64,000 nt of DNA from Candidatus Cloacimonadales bacterium. Its GTDB lineage: Bacteria; Cloacimonadota; Cloacimonadia; Cloacimonadales; DAONDQ01. The translations under genes were made by a program, and so were the position numbers. The notes under the pieces are model-generated. The model ran no database searches. It was not told the origin of the DNA and saw only the letters and a list, made by a program, of their open reading frames with translations. The stretch is from positions 1,280,001-1,344,000 of the forward strand of contig OY759316.1 in NCBI GenBank assembly GCA_963662275.1, in the 5' to 3' direction. Below are positions 32,913 to 42,985 of the stretch, one piece after another. Each line of letters begins with the position of its first letter. Position 1 is the first letter of the stretch.

Positions 32913-35324
32913 TCATTTCACCACCATCATCTTATGAACAGCCTGGTACTTTCCTGCATTGAGCTTCACGATGTAAACACCTGAACTAATCTCACGATTC
33001 TGGTCATTCTTGAGATTCCAGGCTGTGGAGTAAGGTACTTCTGTTTGACTGAAGCCTGTCTTATCTTTGGTTAAAGAACGCATATCATTCATACTGCTGG
33101 AAACTTCAATGGATTTGACAAGTTGCCCTCTGATATTGAAGATTTCTATCATAGGTGATTTAGTTGACTTCTCGGGTAAGCTGAATTCCAGGAACACGGC
33201 ATGTGATCTTGTACCATTCAGATAGACCGGATTCGGATAAGTTGTAAAGGACACTTCAGGGTCATATATCCCTTGAACATCATCATGATTGCCCACAGGC
33301 ACCGAACCAAACTCATAACAGCCCATATCGATTCTGCCATCCCATACCCGGTGATTACCGGCTAAGTCCATAACCGAAATATTCAAGCCGGTTGTATCCT
33401 GGAGACCTGCATTGATACAGGGTGAGCTTGAACTTAATTGATAATACGCAGGATCAGATATAGGAAGAGAGTTATTGAGCATACCTGCAAATAAGGGATT
33501 GCTGTTCAGCAGCAGGTTATTCTGCTGCACATATTCCAAATGATCAGCAGCCACAGTCCGATGCAATAATGTATTGCTGATCGTAGGATGGTACTGAACC
33601 TCATCGAAGGTCATAAAACTTACATCCCAGTACATATCAGGATTATAGAAGATACTATTTCGGATATCCGCTTCTCCATTGATTTGAACCGGACATGTAT
33701 CACTGCCCCTGTTGTTGGCAATGGTGCAGTTACTGATCTGCATTCTCTGGAAATTATTGTGCAGGGAAACCAGGGAGCTCGCCCAGGGATCATTGATCTC
33801 GGAGTAGTTATTAACGATCAGCATATTGGACATATCCAGGCTGTACGCAGACTCTTCTTCATTCACATTCTGATAAAAGAAGACATAGGTATTATCTGTC
33901 GTGCAATTTGAAATAATACTGTTACGGATTGTAACATCTGATTCCCAGATTTCAAATCCCACATTATTCCCATTGTATCCGTTAATCTGCATGTTATCAG
34001 CGATACAATTATTCATGATTAGATTATCAACATAGAGCATACGGAATGCCGTGTTACCGTCATCATTCACAGTCGAGTTATGTACCAGGATATTTTCTAA
34101 TACTATATCGCGACTATCTGAACCATCAATTCCATCTGTATAACCAGCATTTCCATCGAACTCCAAATCTCTAAAAATAGCACTATAAGTATTACTAAAT
34201 CCCACTGGCGCACCAGATTCAGGATATCCAACAAATTTGAGATTTCTGACCTCAATATCGTTTTTGTTGGCAACACCAATATAATATCTCAGAGCATTAT
34301 TCTCATCTAAAATCGTTGTTTCTGAACTATCGCCAATCAGTTTCATATGTGATTTTAATCTTAAAGGGAAAAACTGCTCATTTCCAGTGATTGAATATAT
34401 ACCGGGTGACAGGTGGATGGTTTTTGGATTTAGGCTATCCGGTTGAATGACTTGAATCGCATGATAAATAGTTTTAAAGGGATTATTTGATGAAAGACCT
34501 GAATTCGTGTCATCCCCACCCGGAGAAACGTAAAGATCATGGTTAATTAAGCTATAATAAGGGTGCTGAACAGTAATATGAACATTTGATGAAGAACTAA
34601 AGAAATAGCTGTCAGGTTCCGTTAGTTCAATACTGAAGATATCGAAATCTACATGTAATGTGTCCGGAACGTCTCTCATAAACACATCTCGATTCTTATT
34701 GTTGTAAATGCTATTAGGATGAGCAGAATCGAATTGTATAATGGAATTGCTGTTAGCCTCAATTGTCAATCCCCCTGCAAGATTAGTTCCAATGCAATTA
34801 CGAATGGAAGTATTGGACATATTAAATCCTGTTCCGTGAAAATAGACTCCCCCCCCCGGTGCTATACAATTCTGGACGATACAGTTGAGTATTGAAACAC
34901 TTGAATGATTGGTAATTTCAATACCTCCTCCCCATACGCCATCATTATCCGCATCATAATAATCAGGGATCAGATTCACCGGATCGTTATTAGTAAAAGT
35001 AAAACCATTGATCGTGACAGTTTCACCATTATCTATCTCGATACAGGAAGATACTGTGGTAGGATGGATAACAGTGTTATCGATTGTTTCCTGGGAAAGT
35101 GTGGTTGGGAACAAACTTTGCAGTGTGATGGATTTTCCGTTTGTTTCTAGTGCTTCTGAATAGACACCCGGATACACTTGAATAATATCTCCATTAACAG
35201 ATGCATCTATGGCAGACTGGATAGAAGTGTATTGGGTTGTTCCATCCAGATTTACGGTAAGGGTTGCAGCACTCAGCATTCCAACCATAAACACAAGCAA
35301 GATAAAGGAAATCCATTTAAACAT
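32913..35324 (-). CDS. secreted beta-helix/DUF1565-like protein with CTD (type B, duplicate 1)
   Basis: Signal peptide, type B motifs (IQSAIDAS, HDLYVSP, DSLNPKTIH, IDMGCYE), YPNP CTD. Confidence 0.85.
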   Translation of the reverse strand: MFKWISFILLVFMVGMLSAATLTVNLDGTTQYTSIQSAIDASVNGDIIQVYPGVYSEALETNGKSITLQSLFPTTLSQETIDNTVIHPTTVSSCIEIDNGETVTINGFTFTNNDPVNLIPDYYDADNDGVWGGGIEITNHSSVSILNCIVQNCIAPGGGVYFHGTGFNMSNTSIRNCIGTNLAGGLTIEANSNSIIQFDSAHPNSIYNNKNRDVFMRDVPDTLHVDFDIFSIELTEPDSYFFSSSSNVHITVQHPYYSLINHDLYVSPGGDDTNSGLSSNNPFKTIYHAIQVIQPDSLNPKTIHLSPGIYSITGNEQFFPLRLKSHMKLIGDSSETTILDENNALRYYIGVANKNDIEVRNLKFVGYPESGAPVGFSNTYSAIFRDLEFDGNAGYTDGIDGSDSRDIVLENILVHNSTVNDDGNTAFRMLYVDNLIMNNCIADNMQINGYNGNNVGFEIWESDVTIRNSIISNCTTDNTYVFFYQNVNEEESAYSLDMSNMLIVNNYSEINDPWASSLVSLHNNFQRMQISNCTIANNRGSDTCPVQINGEADIRNSIFYNPDMYWDVSFMTFDEVQYHPTISNTLLHRTVAADHLEYVQQNNLLLNSNPLFAGMLNNSLPISDPAYYQLSSSSPCINAGLQDTTGLNISVMDLAGNHRVWDGRIDMGCYEFGSVPVGNHDDVQGIYDPEVSFTTYPNPVYLNGTRSHAVFLEFSLPEKSTKSPMIEIFNIRGQLVKSIEVSSSMNDMRSLTKDKTGFSQTEVPYSTAWNLKNDQNREISSGVYIVKLNAGKYQAVHKMMVVK

Positions 35325-35389
35325 TGTTACTCCATTTTTTGATTAGGCAGGGAGCTTTCGCTCCCCACCTGAATTACGATGTAACATTC

Positions 35390-35629
35390 GGTAGTAGTAT
35401 CCTTCAGGTTACTGTAAAATAGCACAAGCTAAAGACAGTGACTACGGACCGGTAGTAGTATCCTTCAGGTTACTGTAAAATAGCACAAGCTAAAGACAGT
35501 GACTACGGACCGGTAGTAGTATCCTTCAGGTTACTGTAAAATAGCACAAGCTAAAGACAGTGACTACCGCCAGGTAGTAGTATCCTTCAGGTTACTGTAA
35601 ATTAACACAAGCTGAAGCAGTAGCCACCC
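35390..35629. repeat. tandem array of 61-bp REP-like units (4 copies)
   Basis: Units start at 35390, 35451, 35512 and 35573. Confidence 0.92.
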
Positions 35630-35689
35630 TTGTCCTCTACCACTTTTAATTTTTAATCTTTAATTTTTAATTGAAATGAAGCTGCTGCT

Positions 35690-38107
35690 TCATTTCACCA
35701 CCATCATCTTATGAACAGCCTGGTACTTTCCTGCATTGAGCTTCACGATGTAAACACCTGAACTAATCTCACGATTCTGGTCATTCTTGAGATTCCAGGC
35801 TGTGGAGTAAGGTACTTCTGTTTGACTGAAGCCTGTCTTATCTTTGGTTAAAGAACGCATATCATTCATACTGCTGGAAACTTCAATGGATTTGACAAGT
35901 TGCCCTCTGATATTGAAGATTTCTATCATAGGTGATTTAGTTGACTTCTCGGGTAAGCTGAATTCCAGGAACACGGCATGTGATCTTGTACCATTCAGAT
36001 AGACCGGATTCGGATAAGTGTATAGTGTAGCACCCACTTCAGCGGGTATTTCCTCTTCATCAATCCCCACAGGCATCGAACCAAATTCATAACAGCCCAT
36101 ATCGATTCTGCTATCCCATACCCGATGATTACCTGCTAAGTCCATAATCGGAATATTCAAGCCGGTTGTATCCTGGAGACCTGCATTGATGCAGGGAGAG
36201 CTTGAGCTTAATTGATAATAGGCAGGATCAGAGACAGTTAGAGTATCGCTGAATGCTCCTGCAAATAAGGGATTGCTGTTCAGGAGCAGGTTATTCTGCT
36301 GCACATATTCCAAATGATCAGCAGCCACAGTCCGATGCAATAATGTATTGCTGATCGTGGGATGGTACTGAACCTCATCGAAGGTCAAGAAACCTACATC
36401 CCAGTACATATCAGGATTATAGAAGATACTATTTCGGACATCTACTTCTCCATTAATTTCAATGGGGCATGTATCACTTCCCCTGTTGTTGGCAATCGTG
36501 CAGTTACTGATCTGCATTCTCTGGAAATTATTGTGCAGGGAAACCAGGGAGCTTGCCCAGGGGTCATTGATCTCGGAGAAGTTATTAACGATCAGCATAT
36601 TGGACATATCCAGGCTATATGCAGACTCTTCTTCATTCACATTCTGATAAAAAAGGACATAGGCATTATCTGTCGTGCAATTTGAGATAATACTATTGCG
36701 GATAGAAACATCTGATTCCCAGATTTCAAATCCCACATTATTCGCATTGTATCCGTTAATCTGCAAGTTATCAGCGATACAATTATTCATCACCAGATTA
36801 TCAACATACATCATGCGAAATGCCGTGTTACCGTCATCATTCACTGTCGAGTTATGTACCAGAATATTTTCCAATACAACATCGTGACTATCTGAACCAT
36901 CAATTCCATCTGTATTACCCGCATTCCCATCAAACTCCAGGTTTTTGAAGATTATATCATTAGATTCGTAAAAACCTGCAGGTGCTCCATATTCTGGATA
37001 GCCAACAAACCTTATATTACTTACTTCTACATTATTTTGATAACCAACTGTCAAATAATAGTATCTATTAGCATGATTCTCATCAAGTATAGTCGTTTGA
37101 GAACTATCTCCATTTAATCTTGTATTAGATTTTAAACGCAGCGGGAAAAACTGTTCATTCCCAAGAATTGAATAGATTCCTGCCGCCAAATGAATGGTTT
37201 TTGGATTCAGACTGTCAGACTGAATGATCTTTGTTGCATAGTGTATATTTCTTAATGGATCAGATTCAGTAAGTCCCGAATTGGCATCATTGCCATCGGG
37301 AGATACATAAAGGTCATGATTGACCAAGTTAAAATACGGATTATGTACATTGATATGAACATCTGGACAATCAATTACATAAAAGAAAAAATTGTCCGGT
37401 TGATTAAGAATGACACTGAATATGTTAAACGTGATTTGTAGAGTGTTCGGAACGTCTCTCATAAACACATCTCGATTCTTATTGTTGTATATACTATTAC
37501 GATGAACCGAGTCGAATTGTATAATGGAATTACTGTTAGCCTCGATTGTCAATCCCCCGGCAAGCTCAGTTCCAATGCAATTACGTATGGTAGTATTGGA
37601 CATATTAAATCCTGTCCCATCGAAATATATCCCACCACAAGGAGCTATACTGTTTTTAATCACGCAATTCAGTAAGAAAATACTGGATTGATCTGTTACT
37701 TCAACACACCCCCCAAAATAGCCATCCTGGTTCGCATCATAATATTCAGGGATCAGATTCACAGGATCGTTATTAGTGAAAGTAAAACCATTGATCGTGA
37801 CAGTTTCACCATGATCTATCTCGATACAGGAAGATACCGTTGAAGGATGGATAACAGTGTTGTCGATTGTTTCCTGGGAAAGTGTGGTTGGATACAAGCT
37901 TTGCAGAGTGATGGATTTCCCGTTTGTTTCAAGGGCTTCTGCATAGACTCCCGGATACACTTGTATAATATCTCCATTAACAGAAGCATCTATGGCAGAC
38001 TGGATCGTAGTATATGGAGCGCTTCCATCCAGATTTACGGTAAGGGTTGCAGCACTCAGCATACCAACCATACACACAAGCAAAATCAAGGAAATCCATT
38101 TAAACAT
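35690..38107 (-). CDS. secreted beta-helix/DUF1565-like protein with CTD (type B, duplicate 2)
   Basis: Paralog of 32913-35324 with the same C-terminal domain sequence. Confidence 0.85.
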   Translation of the reverse strand: MFKWISLILLVCMVGMLSAATLTVNLDGSAPYTTIQSAIDASVNGDIIQVYPGVYAEALETNGKSITLQSLYPTTLSQETIDNTVIHPSTVSSCIEIDHGETVTINGFTFTNNDPVNLIPEYYDANQDGYFGGCVEVTDQSSIFLLNCVIKNSIAPCGGIYFDGTGFNMSNTTIRNCIGTELAGGLTIEANSNSIIQFDSVHRNSIYNNKNRDVFMRDVPNTLQITFNIFSVILNQPDNFFFYVIDCPDVHINVHNPYFNLVNHDLYVSPDGNDANSGLTESDPLRNIHYATKIIQSDSLNPKTIHLAAGIYSILGNEQFFPLRLKSNTRLNGDSSQTTILDENHANRYYYLTVGYQNNVEVSNIRFVGYPEYGAPAGFYESNDIIFKNLEFDGNAGNTDGIDGSDSHDVVLENILVHNSTVNDDGNTAFRMMYVDNLVMNNCIADNLQINGYNANNVGFEIWESDVSIRNSIISNCTTDNAYVLFYQNVNEEESAYSLDMSNMLIVNNFSEINDPWASSLVSLHNNFQRMQISNCTIANNRGSDTCPIEINGEVDVRNSIFYNPDMYWDVGFLTFDEVQYHPTISNTLLHRTVAADHLEYVQQNNLLLNSNPLFAGAFSDTLTVSDPAYYQLSSSSPCINAGLQDTTGLNIPIMDLAGNHRVWDSRIDMGCYEFGSMPVGIDEEEIPAEVGATLYTYPNPVYLNGTRSHAVFLEFSLPEKSTKSPMIEIFNIRGQLVKSIEVSSSMNDMRSLTKDKTGFSQTEVPYSTAWNLKNDQNREISSGVYIVKLNAGKYQAVHKMMVVK

Positions 38108-38341
38108 TCTTACTCCATATTTTGATTAGGCAGGGAGCTTTCGCTCCCCACCTGGATTATAATCTGTACCCCCTTCTGATCTCCCTCCCTTTGGATAAAG
38201 GGAGGGGTCAGGGGAGAGTTTGATTCATTTATGAACCTATATATTATTTGGCATGGATTCTCGCATTCGCAAGAATGACAATAAGATGTACCGTATTGTC
38301 TGTCTAGAACCTAGCATCTAGCACCTTCTTCCATTTCTGCA

Positions 38342-41300
38342 TTACTTCATCAGTATCATTTTCTTCGTCAAGCTATTCTTATCAGCATTCAACCGGTAGA
38401 AGTAAACACCGGAGGAAACTTGATTACCGTTGTCATCTCTCCCATCCCATTTAGAGGAATAGAAGCCGGCAGCTTTTGTTTCATTTACCAATGTCCTGAC
38501 TTTTTGTCCTTTGATGTTAAACACATCTAATGTTACCTTAGATTCATTTACCAGAGAAAACCTGATAATAGTATCAGGATTGAAGGGATTGGGATAATTG
38601 CCCATCAAGGCAGTTACCATTGGTAACTGGGGATTATCTGCATCGGGATTATCCAATTTGATTTTGATGTAATTACCACTATGGTTTAACGATGCAAATT
38701 GCGTCGTATAGGTTCCGGTATGATTGTCCAATACCTGGTAGGTTGGATTAGCCTGGGAGCCGGATTTAATAGGAGACCAATACTTGAATTCGACAGTCTT
38801 GCCTTCCAAAACAGGATCATCCAGGATATAGGCTTTCAGTTGGATTTCCTCTCCTTTGATTTTTTCAGCGCCTTTGCACACACCATCGACATAAATAGCA
38901 ATTTCAGCGGGAGCTTTACCTTCTTCATAACCGGAAAGATCTAAATAGGCGAAGATAGGCAAGTAATCTATTTTTTCATTATAGACGAAATGCTCTGCTT
39001 TTTCTCGTTTGAAAATCGGAGAAATTGGGGGTTCAGGATTTTCTCCGCCCCAATGAAATTGCATATCAGAAGTTCCGATATATCTCACGGCAACCATTTC
39101 TCCGGGGTTGATTACAAATCCGCCTTCATGTCCTGCTGACATTGGTCCGATCCAAGTATCAGAGTATGTAAGCATGTTATTCGCATTTAAGACCAGCTCT
39201 CTTTCCATACACCATTCCTGGGATTTGATGGCAACGATATGGGGAAGAACAGATGTTAATGCAACAAAGGGATTCATGCTTTTATCGAGGAAATAGCCCA
39301 GCCAAACTTCCCGTTCCAGAACTCCTGTCTCCGGGTTAACTGTACATCCGTTTGCACCAGCTACCGGCGGCATTAATTCGAGAGAAGTTATAGGGTTTCC
39401 AGGATTACCTGGCTGGAAACCATCAAATTCTATTTGCTTTGTTTCCGGACCAGCATCCTGGCGTAATTTGATCTTATAGCCATATTGTGATCTGACGTGA
39501 TGATTGGGGTCAGAAAAATAAAATAAAGATGAGTTTAGTCCCCAAACAACTCTTCCACTTTCCGTATTATATAGCCATTGCAGATCTTCCATCGTACGAT
39601 ATTGATTACCAGATAGAAAGAGATCATTCTCTCTAAAGTTATTGAACACATTCGTGATATTATCAGCATATCGGGATGAATTTGGATAATCGATTGCTGG
39701 AATACTGACCCAATTCCAGACTTCACTTTTCTCCAGGGTGATCAAACCGTTTCTGTGACCTGTATTCCAGGGAGTGAGGGCACCGATATCGAAACGGGAA
39801 TGATCGGTATCTTCATCCCAGGGGAGATAATCCGAATGAAGGAGTGGATAAGGATCAGGGTCACCTGCATCGATGCAGATAGATTTTGTTGTGGCATTCC
39901 ATATGGGTCTAAAATCGGAGGAAAGTTGCGGATCGGTATAGATCATACCTGGATTGGCTGAAAGATTTGGTATATAGCCATTAACATCAATACCAGTCCC
40001 TCCTGCAGAGTAATGAAAAATATCATTATATGACATTTGAATTCTTTGCGAAGGAAAATTACTGAAGGAAATACCATAAGATAGGTTTTTTACTACATTA
40101 TTAGTAATTTTAACATATCCTTTAGGTTCATCGTTAGTAGTCCGCTCATTCTTTATTCCACATTGATTATGATCAATAGTATTGTTATGAACATATACAG
40201 GATGTGACGTTGTTCCACTATTCAGCAAATTTATGCTGTATACTGGATTTTCAGGATCCTCTTCATTTGAGTTTGAATAAATCAGATTGTAACAGATTTC
40301 CACATTTTCTGCGTTTACGCACTTGATTGTAGTAGACTGTTCAGAAAATTGTGCATGATTGTTATAAATAGTGCAGCCTGTGATTAATTTAGGAGATGAG
40401 CCTGTAATGTATATAGCTCCTTCATTACCTACATCGTTATCATGAATTTTACAATTTTGAATCGTTGTCATATCTGCCGCAACTGAATTAAGGAACAGGG
40501 CTCCCATATCGTCGGAAGTATGATTACCATATATTTCACAATCTCGTATAACTGAAGGGACATTAGAACTAAGAACAGTACCAACACCTGGAGAGCAGCA
40601 ATCAGTTAATATACAATTTTCTACAGTTGCCATTTCAATTGCACCAGATAGACTTATACCACGGTTGCAATTTTCATTAAAGCGAGTAACGGTTAGATTC
40701 CTAAGAGTGATATATGGAATATCAAAGCAATTAATGGCAGAATTGTTTAAGTCTCCGCCCTTAATTATAACACCATCTGATTCACCTTCCAAGGTAAGTG
40801 AAGGAATATGACCATCACTGTGTAAATACAATGTTCCCGGATATTCTCCCCGATAAACTTTAATTACAATTGGGCTGTTATCATAATCTGGTCCATTAAC
40901 AACTCCCCAAATGTAAGATAACGCATCATTAATTGTCTGAAAACTAACATTATTAGTTTGTCCTACTAATATGTTGCCATAAGAAAAAGGAAATAAAGAA
41001 ACATTCGCTGATGGAAATGAATTGATCGTTCCATGTGTTTCATTATAATCGAAATGGAAATGTTTAGTTGTTGGAATATAGCCGGATTTAATGAAAACAA
41101 GTTTTACATCTGCATCATTCATTAAAGTATAAGGAACTCTAAAGGTTCCATCAGATTGGACATGATCGCAATCAGATCCTAAGACTAATTCATAACTGCC
41201 AATATATGCTTTGATCGTAATGTTGCTATGATCAAAGTTCGATACACTTCCTGATATTATACTTGTTGCTCTGTTCATCGGGTTTGATGACCATTCTAAT

Positions 41301-42985
41301 ACTCTGGCAATAACATTACTCGCCGTAGCATTCGTATAATCATCATCTAAACCATGTTTCCAAAACCAGGAAGGATCGGATGAAGGTTGCTTGTACATTA
41401 CTTCATCAAAATAGGAGTGATCTTTTATGTATTCCTGTTTAGCTTCTGGAGTTGTGACATTAGAAGGGAAACTGAATGCATTATAATTGCTGATTAAAAA
41501 TTGGTTATCGATATTATTTGGATTTGAATTACTTGCCGGTTTTAAATAAAGAGCAGATCTTGTTGGAACGAGAACCGGATCATAATTGAGAGGAAATATG
41601 TCATCATCGGATTTGAAACCAAATGTTGAACCAGGCTGTTTATCATAATCTTCACCATGAGTAGTGTAAGAACCTACCATCAACCACCAGGAAATAATAT
41701 CATCATTACCATTTTCTACACCACTGAGTTCGAGACTTCCATTCGATATCGCAACACATTTAATATTATTTTGCTTGTAAGGAAATCCCGGTCTGGGGTT
41801 AGATAATGAATTTAAAACTACCGTTGAATGGTTTGACCAATGATCTTCCACGTTTATCTCAGAGAAAAATCTGTTACATTCATTAGTACCATCAATATAT
41901 GCTTGATTTGAATTTGAAGCTCCAGCATACTTATTTGTCCTGATCAACTGTTTAGCTGAATCTGAAGTTAGACCTTTTTTGAAAATATCAGTCGCTTTTA
42001 GTGCTTTATTTAAATCAGATCCAAGATGTGAGAAACCCGCATATCCGGCGGCTAATAAGTAACTATTCATATCTTCAACACTTTGTTGAAAATTAACATT
42101 CAGTGATGCTCCTCTTTGTGGACTATCGATCGCAATATATTCAGAACAAAAATGCTGGATATTATGTTCTTCAGCAAACGCTAAGGCGTATCTGGATAAA
42201 ATACCTCCTAATGAAAATCCGGCTACTATTGTGCCTTCAATCATCGCATTTGGGTAGCTATCAGTAATATGATTGTGGACATATTGTATTGCCTGAAGAG
42301 TTGACATTGCATTCAGTCTAGCGTCTCTACGGCTATCCCTAAACATGAGCATATATATATCTTTTGAGTTTAAATCAAGATTAGGATCTGCAGCAAGCAC
42401 GTCGTTTAAATGAGTTGTCCAATATTCAAAACGGCTGTGGTTATTAACGGGATCATCACCATCGACAAATAGAACAGGCTGATTAACCCCTATTGCTGTT
42501 ACTCTATTTTGAAAATGGTACAGCATATCTCCGTTTTGATTCTGAAAAACACACCAGGGAGGAAGAACAGTAAATTGAAGCCTTTCTTCTTCTGGAAAAT
42601 CCATTGTATCAACTAAAGTTGCTCCGCTAGCAGTTAACCAAACACCAAATTCAATAGTATGCTTTCCATAACTTAAATTGGTTAAAGTACAAATTTGATA
42701 AAGATCATCATGCCCAATAACAATACTATAGGTTTCAGTATCACCACCATCAACACGGATTTTTACAATAAAATGATTAGTTGCCCCTATCGAGGGTTTT
42801 CCGATTCTAAATGGCACATCAGTCGTCGAAGTCCAAGAATTAACATACTTATTATAACTACATATTCCTAAACAATCAGTTCCATCTAGATTTACGTCCA
42901 AGTTGTAATAATTAGTTGCATTATATGTTCCCTCAGGGGGATAAACGAGATCGACAAGATTTGGGGCTTTGATAATGTTCTGCAA
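38342..42985 (-). CDS. large secreted protein: alpha/beta-hydrolase-like + beta-helix + type A domain + FlgD-Ig CTD; signal peptide out of frame
   Basis: GFSLGG nucleophile elbow with IDSPQRGA, FQTINDAL beta-helix start, YPNPFNP CTD. A signal peptide starts at ATG 43040 in another frame. Confidence 0.75.
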   Translation of the reverse strand: MQNIIKAPNLVDLVYPPEGTYNATNYYNLDVNLDGTDCLGICSYNKYVNSWTSTTDVPFRIGKPSIGATNHFIVKIRVDGGDTETYSIVIGHDDLYQICTLTNLSYGKHTIEFGVWLTASGATLVDTMDFPEEERLQFTVLPPWCVFQNQNGDMLYHFQNRVTAIGVNQPVLFVDGDDPVNNHSRFEYWTTHLNDVLAADPNLDLNSKDIYMLMFRDSRRDARLNAMSTLQAIQYVHNHITDSYPNAMIEGTIVAGFSLGGILSRYALAFAEEHNIQHFCSEYIAIDSPQRGASLNVNFQQSVEDMNSYLLAAGYAGFSHLGSDLNKALKATDIFKKGLTSDSAKQLIRTNKYAGASNSNQAYIDGTNECNRFFSEINVEDHWSNHSTVVLNSLSNPRPGFPYKQNNIKCVAISNGSLELSGVENGNDDIISWWLMVGSYTTHGEDYDKQPGSTFGFKSDDDIFPLNYDPVLVPTRSALYLKPASNSNPNNIDNQFLISNYNAFSFPSNVTTPEAKQEYIKDHSYFDEVMYKQPSSDPSWFWKHGLDDDYTNATASNVIARVLEWSSNPMNRATSIISGSVSNFDHSNITIKAYIGSYELVLGSDCDHVQSDGTFRVPYTLMNDADVKLVFIKSGYIPTTKHFHFDYNETHGTINSFPSANVSLFPFSYGNILVGQTNNVSFQTINDALSYIWGVVNGPDYDNSPIVIKVYRGEYPGTLYLHSDGHIPSLTLEGESDGVIIKGGDLNNSAINCFDIPYITLRNLTVTRFNENCNRGISLSGAIEMATVENCILTDCCSPGVGTVLSSNVPSVIRDCEIYGNHTSDDMGALFLNSVAADMTTIQNCKIHDNDVGNEGAIYITGSSPKLITGCTIYNNHAQFSEQSTTIKCVNAENVEICYNLIYSNSNEEDPENPVYSINLLNSGTTSHPVYVHNNTIDHNQCGIKNERTTNDEPKGYVKITNNVVKNLSYGISFSNFPSQRIQMSYNDIFHYSAGGTGIDVNGYIPNLSANPGMIYTDPQLSSDFRPIWNATTKSICIDAGDPDPYPLLHSDYLPWDEDTDHSRFDIGALTPWNTGHRNGLITLEKSEVWNWVSIPAIDYPNSSRYADNITNVFNNFRENDLFLSGNQYRTMEDLQWLYNTESGRVVWGLNSSLFYFSDPNHHVRSQYGYKIKLRQDAGPETKQIEFDGFQPGNPGNPITSLELMPPVAGANGCTVNPETGVLEREVWLGYFLDKSMNPFVALTSVLPHIVAIKSQEWCMERELVLNANNMLTYSDTWIGPMSAGHEGGFVINPGEMVAVRYIGTSDMQFHWGGENPEPPISPIFKREKAEHFVYNEKIDYLPIFAYLDLSGYEEGKAPAEIAIYVDGVCKGAEKIKGEEIQLKAYILDDPVLEGKTVEFKYWSPIKSGSQANPTYQVLDNHTGTYTTQFASLNHSGNYIKIKLDNPDADNPQLPMVTALMGNYPNPFNPDTIIRFSLVNESKVTLDVFNIKGQKVRTLVNETKAAGFYSSKWDGRDDNGNQVSSGVYFYRLNADKNSLTKKMILMK

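Noticed and set aside
32494..35629. 61-bp periodic repeats as CRISPR repeat-spacer units
   Set aside because: The whole period is conserved; there is no variable spacer.
32913..38107. Paralog pair as a DGR template/variable repeat, given the Avd-like fold at 25714
   Set aside because: Differences are not adenine-specific, the C-termini are identical rather than variable, and no reverse transcriptase is present.
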